Source: Blepharisma stoltei ATCC 30299
Taxonomy: Eukaryota > Protista > Ciliophora
DNA: 64,000 nt
Direction of reading: 5' to 3'
Assembly: GCA_965603825.1 (NCBI GenBank)
Contig: CBFDEM010000053.1
Location: 1,240,001-1,304,000, forward strand
The notes beneath the pieces are model-generated. The model was not told the DNA's origin. It saw nothing but the letters and a program-made list of their open reading frames with translations, and ran no database searches. The position numbers and the translations under genes are program-made. Of the stretch, positions 24,476 to 37,936 are shown piece by piece. Each line of letters opens with the position of its first letter. The first letter of the stretch is position 1.

Positions 24476-25888
24476 TTACTCCTCTGTAAACATATCATCC
24501 ATTCTATCCACAACAATCGAACCTCTCCTCGGATCTTTCACTGCAACATCTTTCATAGTTGGCGCTCTTCTAAATTCATGAAAAACTTCAGCACTCGGTA
24601 CCACTTCAGGAATTTTCCCAGGATCTTTGTGGCTAACTTTGATTGTAGATTGATTAAGTTCCAAAATTAAGCACGAAATATCATCGATCATCACATCTTC
24701 TTCTTCAATGATCGTTTGCCATCGAATTCTAGCTTCTTCACATAGTAGCTGAGCTATACACGAATTTTCAGGCTTTACAACGTCAAATGTTCTTTCCTCT
24801 GAGCCTCTTGCACATCGGTTTCTGTAAAATTCAATAAAATGAACGACATCTTCATTTTCAAGAACATCCCAAACCCCATCTGATGCGGCAACTATAAAAT
24901 AGTCTTCCCCTCCTGATAGTTCATAATTGGTGCATACAGGAGTTGAGATTACTCCGACCCTTTTGCCTCGAGTATCGCCAATAGATCTGCTCATTGCAAG
25001 TCCTGGGCCATTTGAGTATAATTCTCATACTCTATAAGGCCCAATCCTATTCCCAAATTCATCAGTCAATTGTTGAACTCTTCCACCATTTTTCATAATT
25101 CTAGACAGCTCTTCAGGATCTTCAGGTTTTTGGTCTCTTGTGAGCTGTACAGCATGAATTGCTGGGTTTGGCACACTGTTTCTCCTTTTCTTTACATCCT
25201 CAAGCACTTTTCTGTCTTCTCCTATAATTGCAGGGGGAGCCGGCAATATCGCTGGAATGCAAGAAGTAGCTAAAACTGCCCTAGAGTCTCCTACACTAGC
25301 ACAATATAGTGAATTTCCATAATAATACACCAAAACCCCAGTGCTGCTTATATTTTACCTTCCAGAGTTTGTTGCATTAATACCATTTATTGGGTTTCGC
25401 ACCTCATCATCACACTTTTTAATTATTGAATTGAGCAACTCCAATGGGTTTTCCTATTTAAAAAATACTGTAAATTCTACCTTATGGGATTTAAAAAATT
25501 CATCCACAGTTCTTGCACACAGCTCTACAACTTTTTCGCCTTCAGACCCATGCCCATCAAAAAGTGCCATTAAGACACTGTCTGAATCGCTACAAAATAA
25601 ACATAAATCTTGACACTTTTTTGGGATTTCTCCATGTGGATCAAGTCCTGGGAGAACACAAGCAGATGATCAAAAACTGTGACTCCCAAATTCAATTTTT
25701 TTTGATGAGCATAATATAGGTTCTGTATGGTTATAAGTTAAACTATTTGTCCCAACGATCTTTCCTGTGTTGGTTCGTTGCTTAATATGGACTGTTGCTT
25801 TGCGGTGATAATTTCGAATATCATTATTTTCTGGATTTTTTGAATTGATATCTCTTTTGCTTTTATTAGTCCCGTTGATACATCCCAT
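24476..25888 (-). CDS. PP2C/PPM protein phosphatase (460 aa, two introns)
   Basis: CQD, LFDGHG, SGSTG (after splicing), SVGDSRA, GPYRV(W), GLAMSRSIGD, ASDGVWD, DDIS. TGAs at 25670 and 25025. MGC start. Confidence 0.92.
25344..25358 (-). other. 15-nt spliceosomal intron
   Basis: GTAAAATATAAGCAG; splicing restores the PP2C SGST motif. Confidence 0.9.
25454..25468 (-). other. 15-nt spliceosomal intron
   Basis: GTATTTTTTAAATAG; splicing removes an in-frame TAG. Confidence 0.9.
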
Positions 25889-26515
25889 TTTGTTTATGGA
25901 TGATTCAGTGAATATTTTTATGGATTTTTTATTTATAGCTATAGTGAGCGAAAAAAATAAGAATTTTATATGAGTAGTAAGGAAAAAAAGCATGTTAAGA
26001 ATTATTCTCTAAAGAATAAAAGATATTTATGAAAAATGGCTTTAATTGAAACTGACACTTCTTTAGAATATATTTTTTATATCCTTGATGTTGGCTATTA
26101 AAGACAGTTAAATTAGCATTATAACTTAATATTATTCTTGAATAAGCAAGGAATAATTTAGCCACTAAAAAGAAAAGTACTTAAAAAATTATTGAATTAT
26201 AATATTGATTTCTAATTCAATTGAAGTATATATTATAGTGAATAAATTGCAATTCTATAATAATTTTTTAATTCATGCATTCTATTAAAAATTAAAATAA
26301 TCTCTAAGAATGTGCTTATTATTTAAATACTTATTTTTCTGCCTTTTCCAATTGCCGATAATGCATTTTGAAAAAGATTTGAAACTTCATTATAAATCAT
26401 ACATGTAAAATGTCTATTCCTCAAGTTTTTTTCTTGCTTTATAAAATTAGATTAAGTATCGTCTTATTAACTCCATTTAACTCATAAAAGTACTGATCGA
26501 TTATAATATATAAAT

Positions 26516-26758
26516 ATGTATTGCAATCAATGAAATAATTTTGCTCCTTTAGAACCAGCAAAATCTTATAATGAAATAGCAGACGAGGAATTTTGTAAAA
26601 CAGAAATATTAGCTTGTCTTTCACATTCAAGCACGAATGATGATATATCTTCCCCGATTCCCTCATTAGAGAGTAATGATGCCGAATCTACTTGTTGTAT
26701 AAATTGAAAAGTTTCCAAAAATTCAGAATATTATGTATATAAACTAAAAATGATCTAG
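26516..26758 (+). CDS. Possible small acidic protein (80 aa), visible only with TGA = Trp
   Basis: ATG..TAG frame with two TGAs covering a GC-richer patch (EIADEEFCKTEILACLSHSSTNDDISSPIPSLESNDAESTCC); no known motif. Confidence 0.3.
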
Positions 26759-26975
26759 CCTTTAGGCTAAAGAATAATCAAAAAATTCACAAAAATGCAA
26801 TTAATTTCTGACTTTATTATGACCTGTAAAAATAACTGAAATTTTAAACTCATTTTTTTACTTTGTAGACTTAAGATTAGTAGTCACCTTTATATAAAGA
26901 AAGAAGAAGCTATCCAAGATAAGCAGCTTATATTGAAAATTAGAGAAAATAGTGTGGATCAACTTAAAAATTATA

Positions 26976-27576
26976 TTAAATCTCATCTATCAGACTTAAA
27001 ATTTCTGGATCAGAAACTTTCACCTGATTGCTATAATTTGAACGATTTCCTTTCACAGAAGATGATTTTCGCTTAAAATAATTTTTACACTCCATTGCCT
27101 TAAACCTTCTTTGTTTCGCTTCTAATATATTTTGTTTATACCTTAAATGATTTTGATAATCTTTTTCATAGCTTGTAAAGTCTACAGAGAGGGTTGCATT
27201 CTTCAATCGATAAGAGATATTTACATTTTCCTCTAAAATTTTCACTTGTTTTCATAACCGAATGTGAAAATTTGAGACATTGTATTTTTTAGGAGACCGA
27301 GTTTGGGGTGAAGCTGAAGAAATATTTACAAGATTTCTAAGAATTCTTAAATTTTCTTTTGCTATTCTTTGGTTTTCTATATAAGTACATACCTCTCGAT
27401 GCAGACACTTTGTCTAATTTTATTAGATTTGTATTAGAAAAAATCTTTGGAGATGGAAAATCAATTGATGACTTAAGAACTCGAATTTCATTCAAATTTT
27501 TATGACAATTGCTGGTTTTATTTCTCCAATCTTTTAAATCAGGTCTCACGGCTAATGTAAGGCGTTTTGATTTCAT
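26976..27576 (-). CDS. CFAP97/Hemingway-like domain protein (194 aa, one 16-nt intron)
   Basis: Splicing 27377-27392 and one TGA join two ORFs, giving RIAKENLRILRNLVNI...KILEENVNISYRL...YEKDYQNH, which resembles the KIAA1430/CFAP97 repeat pattern. Confidence 0.65.
27377..27392 (-). other. 16-nt spliceosomal intron
   Basis: GTATGTACTTATATAG; the one-base frame change links 27337..27576 to 26976..27245. Confidence 0.85.
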
Positions 27577-27711
27577 TTTTTCTTTTTATATTAAATAAGC
27601 TTATTTTATCAGATAATTTATATCTCCTAAATATTTTCTTTTCATTATTAAGCCAAAAATGTCACAAATATATTCCATAGTTAAGATATACCTTCTATAT
27701 TTATAAAGAAA

Positions 27712-29052
27712 ATGTCGTACAATTGTGAACTTTGCAATTACTTGAATATAGCTACTTTAATATGCACATCAGATAATGAAAAATTTTGCGAAAACTGCAT
27801 TGAAATTCATTTGAGATCGAGCAATGCTGAGGAGCACAAGTTTCAGTCTATTGAGCTATATCAAGAAGAAAAAATCAAAGAAGAGCAGCGAAACTTGGAA
27901 AATTCACAAAAGATATCTGAAGCATTAAGACTAAAGATTGCTAAGGAAAATGAGTCCATTGATAAATATACTGAAGATATTTACAATTTATTGCAAAGTA
28001 AAAGAGAAATATTGCATCGTATAATTGATGACATAATCGAAGATCAGATTGATGTCTGCTATGATGTGAGAGATAAAGCTAAGATGGAAATGAATTTATT
28101 GCTAAGGGAACTATCATCAGACTATTCTCATAATCCAGAGCTTTCTAGTTTAGTTAATCGATTTCAGTCAATTGAGGATACCAACAACTTGACTTTCTTA
28201 GAAATCAGAAATCCAACACATACCGAGCATTTATCTAAAGCCCTAAAGCAAGAGCTTAATTATACTTTACAGTATTATCCTTATGGAAAGCCTATACCTT
28301 TAGTACATTTCAAGCCAGTATCTCACGAGTTACTTATTTATAGCGGAATTTCCAATACTTTCAGCAAAATAGAAATTCCATCACAAACATTCAAAGACTA
28401 TCCAGCCTATTGCACATTGCCTGATAACACAATACTGTACTCTGGAGGGTGAAAAAATAATGCATCTAGCTCTGAAGTAATTTTAATAGACCCTAAATTT
28501 AAAGAAGTTGAGCTGAAACCATCATTAAAAACACCTAGGCATCAGCACTCAATGATTTTTCATAACGGTATTGCTTATGTTTTTGGCGGGGCAACAGCTA
28601 CTGGTATAACAAATTCATCAGAAAAATGGGCTTTTGGAGAAAATCAGTGGAAATCTAATGGATTTATGAATAAACCGAAGGCTCAAATGGGGATTTGTGT
28701 GTTAAATGAAATTATTTATATTTCTGGAGAAAATGATATAGAGAGCTTTAATACAGAAGCAAATGAATATAGAGTTCTCCCTATTATATTGGAGGGGAAG
28801 CTGCTTTCTGTACTTATACCGAGACAAAACTCATTCTTGATGTTTAGAGGAGGAGAATTAAGGGAAATAGAAGTTTCTCCTAGACTGATTGATTTTGTGG
28901 TGTCTCCTATTAAAAGGACTGAATGGTGGTGTCCTACTCAACCAATTTGGCTAGGCAGCCAAATTTTTATATTCACAGATTACAGCAAAACTATATATTG
29001 CTATGACATGAGAGAGAAAGCACTTTATCTTGCTAATAGCTTTAGACAGTAA
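27712..29052 (+). CDS. B-box-like zinc finger + coiled coil + Kelch-repeat protein (446 aa)
   Basis: CELC..C..FCENC..H..H; Kelch motifs ILYSGG(W), PRHQHSM..AYVFGG, IYISG. TGA at 28450-28452. Confidence 0.85.
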
Positions 29053-29229
29053 ATAATAAAAAGTTACCAATGGCTCTATTTATAGGGGAAATTAAATTAT
29101 TATTTTATGTTTTCTAAAATAAACTTGGCCTCAATTATCATTATATATTTCTTTCCTTTATCATAGCAAATAATTTATATTTAATAAATATATCAATATG
29201 ATCAAATTTTACGAATTATTATATTGTTA

Positions 29230-29892
29230 ATGTCGGTATATGGCGGATTTTCATCACTATGTTCAGAGTCATCATATATCAACTGCCTAAGCCACATTCT
29301 TGAATTACTTCAATATCACGTATTATCTTCAATAAGAGATTGTAATTTCTACACAGCACATATTGACTTTAACATATGAAGCAACGATTTTCATAAATCT
29401 TTTGAAAGATTGTATATACTAGAACAACAAAGATTTTCAATACCAAAATTTTCCGATTCTTGCAAAGAAGTATACAGATATATTGAAGGAATCAAGCATA
29501 ATCAGTCATCACAAGAGTTAAAAAGTGAAAAACAGTTAAAAAAAAGAAAAAATAAGCACAAAGAAGAAGGAGATGCGTCAGCAATAATTCTGGAAAAAGC
29601 AAATGAGTCATTAAGAGATTTACTCAGAGAAAGTCCAGTAAGTATGAAATATAAGACTACTGAGAGAAACGAAAGAAAAAGATGCATAAGCACTAGGCCA
29701 ACTACAAGCAAGCATAGAAGATTTACAAGTGAGGGAAATTCATTCATGCTAAGACTTCCATCAGCTTCTTCCAATCGAAAGAAAAACCAAATTGAAACAG
29801 GAGCATTACAGCGCCGCTCTTTAAAGCGATTATTGCAAGATCTTGGTACCTCTGCTTCAAAATCTGTAATATGGATCCCAGACAAATCTTAA
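29230..29892 (+). CDS. Hypothetical protein (about 215-220 aa)
   Basis: ATG 29230 (MSVYGGF) is in frame with 29410..29892 through one TGA; probable intron 29342-29356. Confidence 0.65.
29342..29356 (+). other. Probable 15-nt intron with no in-frame stop
   Basis: GTAATTTCTACACAG matches the consensus; the frame is open either way. Confidence 0.55.
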
Positions 29893-29982
29893 ATTGTTTT
29901 CATTGTTGCAATTTTCAAATTATTTCTCATAAAAGAGTGTGAATCATTAATAATTTTTTTATAAATTTATCGATAATAAGAA

Positions 29983-30561
29983 TTAATTAGTACTTTGCTG
30001 TTGGGTCTGGGTCATATTCTTAATCACCATATTCGTGCCTTGTTTAATAGCTTCCTCTTTAGCTACTGCAGCCACCTTTGCCCCGATATCGACAGCACGG
30101 TCAATGCCTTCATCAATATCTTTCATGTGCTTCTGGAGAATTGGCCTTATAGCAGTTTCATATATTTTCAAAGCTCCACGTGTCTGTGGTGCAAACAAGA
30201 AAACTAAGAAGGCAAGCTTAATAGGGTAATAAAAGGGTAGCCAGGAAAACAGAATTTCAGACCAGTCATCGATAACTTTGAAAAGGGCAAACACAACCCA
30301 ATAGGTCAGCCACTGTTTGTCGTCGTCAGTTTCAGCTGATTCTATTGCTTTAAATGACATATATGCTGGATAAAGGATGGCGATTGCATCTGTTATTAGA
30401 GCTGCCCCTAATCCAAAAAGCATGCAAAGGAGTAAAAGAACTCCAGCACCAGCAGCTATTTGCCCTGTTTCTAAGCCAGTCTTGGCAGAAATGTCTTTGA
30501 GAACTGGCATATTTTTGGTGCGATGAGTGAGATCCTGTAAAATTTTGTTTACTTGTTCCAT
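29983..30561 (-). CDS. YOP1: REEP/DP1/Yop1/HVA22 ER-shaping protein
   Basis: YPAYMSFKAIES..DDKQWLTYWVVFA, WLPFYY, APQTRGA..IY. Confidence 0.92.
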   Translation of the reverse strand: MEQVNKILQDLTHRTKNMPVLKDISAKTGLETGQIAAGAGVLLLLCMLFGLGAALITDAIAILYPAYMSFKAIESAETDDDKQWLTYWVVFALFKVIDDWSEILFSWLPFYYPIKLAFLVFLFAPQTRGALKIYETAIRPILQKHMKDIDEGIDRAVDIGAKVAAVAKEEAIKQGTNMVIKNMTQTQQQSTN

Positions 30562-30737
30562 ATTATAATAGGTGGAAATTTTAGGAGGCTTTTAGGATTT
30601 TAATAGAGGGTTATTTATAATAGAAAAATTCTAGAAAATATATGCATTTTGACATATATAAATTAGTTAAAAATAATTCAAAAATTTATAAGTTTCATCA
30701 TTAGTCTGCTGCTTTTATGTTAATAATTTTGATATTA

Positions 30738-33700
30738 CTAAAATAATTGATTATTATTACTCTTTGCAAATTCTAAAATTCTTTCTAATCTGTTGGAAAA
30801 CTCACTCATATTTTCCTCTTCTTCCTCAATTCTTTTGATTGCTGAATCACATAAAATTTGGTTGCTTTGGTTGATTTTGTCGATGCTTTTTTCGAGCGCT
30901 CTTAGCTTTCCTTCCCATTCGTCTCTGTCTTCATTTACCGTTTCATGGCAAGATTGGACATATTTGTTTTCATTGAAAAGCCTCTTGTGAAACATCATAT
31001 ACTCAACTTCTATTATCATGTTAATTAATTCCTTTAAATCAGCAGCAACACGATCACTCAGCACTCTTTCATAAGTATCTGAAATAATAGAAATCAGCAA
31101 ATTAAACATAATAATTGGTCCTATTATCAGTGAAGTAGTCACCATTATAAACTCAATAAAATTAAAATCACCTTCAGGGTAATTTCCAAGTGCTAAATTA
31201 TAAGAGTCTTTTAAAGATATGAGAATTTCTATCAGACTGTCGTTAAATGCAAGCACCATGAAAAGGAAACTAAAAGCAAGCGTGGAATATAAAAATAAAA
31301 TAAGAAATCCTGAAATGTCTGCTGCAGTTTCAAATAGTAAATTTATATAAGGCCTTGTAGAATCTATAAGGCGAAAATAAGTTAAACCTCTTAGCCAGCT
31401 CATAAGTGTGGCTACAGAAAAGACGGAATACAAGTATCTATCCATCCCTCCTGTCCATTCTCCAATAATATAAATAAATATGAAAATCCCTCTGCTTCAG
31501 TCCACATAATTCATCCCATCAGAAAAATATGATCAGCCTCCAACACATATTTGGAAAACCTCATATCCTAATAGCAAAATATTAAAGACAAAAAGACTGA
31601 TAAGATATGAGAGATTACCCATGAAAAAAAGAGTGTAAACACAAAGGCACAGCATATATGTAAGAAAGATGGAGCCTTGATAAATCATGATGTATTTAGC
31701 TGTTTGCCACTTATATTCAATAATATCTTTGACAAGCTGGCTTTTGATGACATCAGAGTTGGAGCAGGCTTCAAGGGATTCTAAAAATTCAATGCTTTCT
31801 CTACTGCCAATTGCCATATTGACTTTTACGTAGCTTTCAAAAAAAGTAACTCCAACTCCATGAGAAGTTAGCTTGCCTTCATCAAGAAATTCTCCTGCCT
31901 TTACTCTAAAGCTGTCTTTTAGCTGTATATTTGGCAAAACCACGTCTTTTGCACAGAATTTCGGTAAGCCTTTTCTGTAAATATCTTTATATATCACATT
32001 ATATAAATCTCCAAGGAGCGAAAATCCCATTCTGTTCATCGCTGTTAAATCAGACTCGACCATCTGCAATAAATAAGTATTGGTTTCTCCTTGTTCACAA
32101 AAAGCTCTAATGACATCATCTCTTAATTGACCTAGGCCTCTTAATAAGCAGACAGACAAAGGATTAAACCCATTCTTTGAGGTAAAAAATGGAGGACTCT
32201 CTTGAGATAGTGATAAGGCGAGGTAATCTCTTTGATTGAAATAAGCATATATGTGGAGAGAATTGAAAAACTCAGGCAAAATCAAGAATTGGTCCATTTC
32301 TGGATCTGGAGTTCGCTCGAGTTCGGTGAGAAGGGATTTCATATAAGTTAAGAACTTCTGGATCGAGTCTTCTGGGCCGAGAATTCTGAAATCGTTTGAG
32401 ATTAATGGGTTTTCTTGTAAGTAAATCAATTCGTGTTCGCCTGTTATTATATATTTTTCATCTGATGACAATCCCATGCAAAAAATGGCTTGTTTTCTGG
32501 CCATATAAGTTAACGGTGTCCTATATTTTAAAGAATAAATCTGAAGAGTTTTATCAAGCGACGAACTAAAAAATATTTCATTGTCAAGTGTTACATAAAG
32601 CGACGTCACAGCATCAGTGTGTTTATTAAACGTTGATTCATGGTAAAACTCAAACACGCTCCATATTTTTACTTGCCCAGAAGTGCATCCAGCTATGATG
32701 TAGCTATCAGTTCTATCAAAAGCTACACATGTAACTTGGTCCAGTGCAAGTATCACTGATTTTTCATTTCCATCTTGATCCCAGACTCTTAATGATTTAT
32801 CACTGCTCCCTGACACAAGAATCTCTCCATTTGAACTTATAGAAATGGATCATATTGACTGCTGGTGGCCTTTTAGTGAAATTGCTTCTAAAGTTTCAAT
32901 ATTCCATATATTAATTTTTGAGTCTCCTCCACCTGTGAATATTTTTAGATTATTAGGGGTAAAGCATAGATCCCTAATCGGCCCCATATGAGCATGCACC
33001 TGCTTTTCTATACTTTTTCCAGCAAGGTTTACAATGTATAAATACCCAATTTCGTCACCAATCGCTACATATCTTTCATCTGAAGAAACAGCAGCTTTTA
33101 GACATGGGCCTTGTGCAGTAAGCAGCAAAAATCCTTCATCTTCATAAGGATTTCATAGCCTGACACATTTATCAGACCCACATAAAATGATTGATTTTGT
33201 GATAGGGGTAAAAGTGACACATAAAATATCATTTTGAAGTGACCGGTATATCTTATCATCAAGAAATATAGGAAAACTTCATATTTTCAAGCTCATATCT
33301 TCTGATGAAGAAGCTATAAAATCTTGATTTGGGGATATTAATAAGCTGGTAACTGGACCTGTGTGGGCATTTAATGCGATTTCTCGACGCTCTTTGTCGA
33401 TATCTCATACTTTTATATTAGAATCCCTGCTACCAGAAATAAGAAAGCTTGAGTCATCGTTAAATGCTAAAGCAGATATAGACGATGAGTGCTCAGAAAT
33501 TACTTTAATCGGTGTGAATTCTTGAATACTCCAAATAATAACTAGATTATCATCTCCACCTGAAGCTAAAAATGAAGATTCTTTATTCACGACTAAGCAT
33601 CTCACACAATCACTATGGGACTTCAAGTTTAAAATTTCTCTTTTAAAAGTCATATCGTAAACCTTAATTAGTCTTCCTTCTCCTGAAGAAAAAAAATATT

Positions 33701-34376
33701 TTCCATCATAAGTTATAGCAATGCATTTTACCGGAAAATTATGCTGTAATATGATTTCTTCGAAGGATTTTTTCGCTAAACTTCATTTTCTTACTGTTTT
33801 ATCATCACTTGCTGAGTATAAAAATAATCTTCTTGGGTCTAATAAAATTTGGCACACTTGTTCAGAATGGCCTAAAAATTCAAATTCTAGCTCAAAAAGC
33901 GGCAATCTGTATCACCTGATTTTTGAGCTTTCTCCACAAATGAAGGCTCTTTGGCTTATCTCATCTAATAGAAGGCTGTGGATTTTTTCGCTTCCTAAAG
34001 GTACATCATATGTAACTTTTTTTTCGATGGTATTGTATTTTGAGACAGAGCCATTTTCACTGCCAAAAAAGATAGAAACTCCGTCAATTGAAAGAGAGAG
34101 GCAAGATATAGGATGAGGAGTTGCTAAGGTTGACTCAGCGTTCGATAAAATATTATTTGTGATTTCATCCATTTTAGAGATGAGCAGCATTTGGCGTGGG
34201 GTTAATTGCTTCTTTTTTCTGCCTGTAATTTTCTTTTGAATCGGTTTTTCTATTGTTTCTAGAGGAATTAGCTGTGTTAGCTCAATTTCTTGCTGGGTTT
34301 CTTGCTGAGTTTCTTGATAATTTTCTTGAGTTTCTTCTTGATTGGTAGTAAGCAGAGGTTCTGAAATATCTCCCAT
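30738..34376 (-). CDS. WD40-repeat protein fused to a TRP-like six-TM cation channel domain (1212 aa)
   Basis: One 3639-nt frame with TGAs at 33912, 33783, 33405, 33279, 33153, 32850, 31533 and 31497. Many GH...SGxD..IxVW repeats; C-terminal WLRGLTYFR, SYNLALG, FNLLISIISDTYERV. Confidence 0.88.
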
Positions 34377-34991
34377 ATTAAATTTGTGCCAGACTAAATT
34401 TCATTATTTTTTTCAGTATTTATGAGAATCAAGTATTTCAATTACATATTTTAGCAAGAATGCAAATTAATATTTTGGCTGTAAAATTGTGATTGTGGAA
34501 AACTGCTACAAAATATTAGAAAAGTAAATTTATGAATATAATCTTAGCTAGCTTGAAGTCGTTGATTTAAATAAATGGTTAGTAGTCTACCTATTGAATA
34601 TTTATACCTTAGATGAGACTTGAGAATATGCAATAAAAAAAGAAGTTAGCTATTAGTTTCAAGCTAAAATTTTTATTAAGCACTACAAAGGTCCATTTTT
34701 CAATATGTGAATAAAAATTATCAAACTTATGCTTTAAGCATTTGGCTGTAATTTCAAAATCTCAAAATATTAATAAATAAGAAATTGCTTAACATAAATA
34801 ATTTAATTGTTTATTAAAAAGAGTTTCCATACTCTTTATTAAAAACTCATCTAAAACTGAATTAAAATCAACATATTAGTATAAACATTTATTACTAATC
34901 TTTTCATATGATTCTTGAGCTCTTAATTTGCTATTTCATTTGAATTTTATTCTTAATTTACTATTAAAATTACTCTAAATAGGGGGCTTAT

Positions 34992-36419
34992 ATGGAATTT
35001 GCCTATGACCAGATTTTAGCATTGAATGCTAAAATGCCTCGGTTATTTAAAATAGACAGAAAAATAAGCACTAATACTCGCCATGTAATTTTTATACAGC
35101 GAAAAACCGAAGCCGAGAAATTACAAATAGGCACCCCACCTAAGGAGCCTACACCTCCCAAAAAAGGAAAAATCAAAAAAGCGAAAAAGATCGTTGAATT
35201 TGATGGAGATACTTTAATATACAACGATTTACCCCAAGAGCAAGCTCCAAACACTCGAAAAAAGTCTTTAAGATCAAAAAAGTCCCATGGATCAGAAGAA
35301 GATTCTTCATCAGTCAGCAATGAACCTATTGAGCCAGCCCCAACTAAAAAAGCAAAGCTACCAAAAACTCCACCCACCAAGTCTCCACCCACAGGCAGAA
35401 AAACAGCTGCTTTCAATAAAATTAAGTCAATCCTCCAGCAAGTCATCAGGCATCCGATGGCCGAGCCATTCCGAAATCCACTTAATATCAATGAATCCCC
35501 AGACTATTTCAAAAAAGTCAAAGAGCCCATCGACCTGTCTACCATTGAGGCAAAATTAAACGAAAATAAATATGAAACAGGATATCAGTTTGCTATTGAT
35601 ATGAGGCTGCTATGAAGCAACTCATTTTTATATTATGCCAAAGGCTCTGATACTTATCACATGACAGTCGAACTTAGTTCTCTATTTGAAAAACTCATAA
35701 AAGGTAACGAAAGCCTCGTTCTAACAGGGAAAAAAGACATTGTCAAAGATCTCTATCATCAAGTGGAAACATTAACAAAAGAAATCCAAGGCTCAAAAAT
35801 CAAAATCGAAGAAAACCCACCAAAGCCAAAACAAAAAGCAAAACCAGCTAATGAAAAACCTATGACTTTAATAGAGAAAAAGAAGCTCTGCCTCAATATC
35901 AAAAGCTTGAACCCTAAATATTTAAGAGGAGTCTTAGACATAGTAAAAAAATGTATGGACGTCAATGGAAAAGAATTCCAATTCGACGTAGAAAACCTTC
36001 CCACTGCGATTTGTAGGGAGCTCGAAAAGTATGTAAAAGCTTGCTTGAAAAATGAATCTCCGAATAAATCCAAAGCAAATGGAATGAATAGGGAAGATAT
36101 AGAAAGGGTGCAAAGGATCGCAGAAGAAAAGCTGAAACATGTGGACATGAAAATTGAAGAATTGACTAGGGTGCCACAACAGGTAGAAAATATAATGAAA
36201 AAAGAAACAGAGGATGAGATCGTAGAAAGCTCAAGCACTAGTGAAAGTGAAAGTGAAGATGAAATTGTACCACCCATGCAAGATATAGGACTTATACCGC
36301 CTAACAAAGAAGATAGTGAAAGCTTGCCGAGGGCTTCAGATGTGTGGAATTCTTTGAGTAATGATTTAGCAGATAAAAAGCCTCAGAACTCAGCTAGCGA
36401 TATAGTAGAAATTAACTAA
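34992..36419 (+). CDS. Single-bromodomain + ET-domain (BET/GTE-like) protein (475 aa)
   Basis: AEPFRNP, PDYFKKVKEPIDLSTI, DMRLL(W)SNS through TGA 35613; ET domain PMTLIEKKKLCLNIKSL..LRGVLDIV. Confidence 0.88.
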
Positions 36420-36698
36420 ATACCTAATTATATTTTGTTTGAGTAATTAGCTTTATTTCTAAGCAGATATCTGGTCAAAATATATAAATTTGGGAAGTAT
36501 AATAAGTAATTTCTAAAGCCTTGGCTTGGGCGAGCAAGTAATGAGAATTTTCTTTTCATTTATCAAGAAAATTACATTAATTTATAGCTCCCACATAAGA
36601 TTCAAGTAATTATTGTCTACATAATTATATTTAAGCTCAATTAATCATTATTCTTTTGTTGTTAAATTGCCCATATTTCATCCTTAAGAATTCCTACT

Positions 36699-37907
36699 AT
36701 GAACATCTTGTCAATAGAATCAAAATTCCAAGAATTAGACAAAAAAGATAAGCATGCAAGACTATATTACAACCCAAAGGCAGCAAAAGGCTTTAAACAT
36801 CAATATATCAGTGATATCCGTGCTGATTTCCAGCATGACACTCTTCTCTATGGTTTAGGGCTGTTTTGAAATCAAGAATTCGATAATGAAGGCCCAGCTA
36901 CCGAAGAAAATATCCCTGAAGCTCCTCAAGAAGAGCCTTCAAAGCAAGTAAAAAAAGATTCTGAGCCAAAGCCAGACATTATCGCAAAGCGAAAAAATCA
37001 AAAATTGCTCGACATCCAAAAACCTTTAGCTAAAGATGACTACCAAGGCATTTTTTCTAATACAAAAGTATTAAATCACGATTATCTTTACAAAAGGCCT
37101 CAACTAGAAAACAGAACAGCTGGCTGAAAAACTACTGGTGACCAAGACATAACAGTTGTAAACAAAGCAGCCCAAGGAAGTATCAATAATCCTAAGAAAA
37201 CCAGCATTGAAGATTTAAAATCAAAAATAGACAAATATCGATCAGATTACAAAGGTAAACCAAACAAAAAAATGCAAGAAGGGCTTACCCAAGACGAATT
37301 TAAAACAATGATGGACGACCATCAGCGTTTTTTGAAAGAAAATAAAGGAGCTGATAGAAATTTCCAGCTATCTCCTACCACATTAAGAAAACTAAATACT
37401 TCGAACAGCTTTATACAATCCAGAACTCCTGAGCCTGCATTTGAGCTAAAACTTTCTGCGATCGACTCTTATGAAGGTATCAGTGATCGAAATCTGTCTT
37501 TTATTGAGGGAAGCGAAAATAAAAGCTTTGAAAAGCCTTCAAGCTCTAATAACACTGATAGGCCATATAGAATTCAATCAATGAAGCCAATTACTATGGA
37601 AAGATTGAGTGAAAAAAGCCCAAAAAAAGGAAAAATTCAAATTCAGCTGCCACCAATAATAAAGAACCAAAAGCCAAGCAAAGCAAATTCTAATAAGCCA
37701 ATTGCAAATCCTTTAACTCATGCGCTATATGCTTACAAGCAAAATTTAGATGCTTTCCATCCACATGCGTATCCAGCTAATTTAAGTATTTTTGAGACTC
37801 ATGATTTTATAGAACAGCGATATTTCAGGTCTTATTTAAAAAATAAAAAAGCTGTAGAAGAGCCTGAAGTCTTATTAGGAGTTCACGGGAAGCCTGTGCT
37901 GATGTAG
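36699..37907 (+). CDS. Hypothetical protein (402 aa)
   Basis: ATG 36699 is in frame with 37272..37907 through two TGAs; ends TAG. Confidence 0.7.
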
Positions 37908-37936
37908 TTTTTATATAATTTACGTAATAATCATTA

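Noticed and set aside
26439-26666. 75-aa minus-strand ORF
   Set aside because: Low-complexity AT-rich translation; the plus-strand frame looks more protein-like.
35003-36307. Long antisense ORFs (35003..35491, 35759..36307) and similar shadows elsewhere
   Set aside because: Ser/Phe/Leu-rich mirrors of Glu/Lys-rich sense genes.
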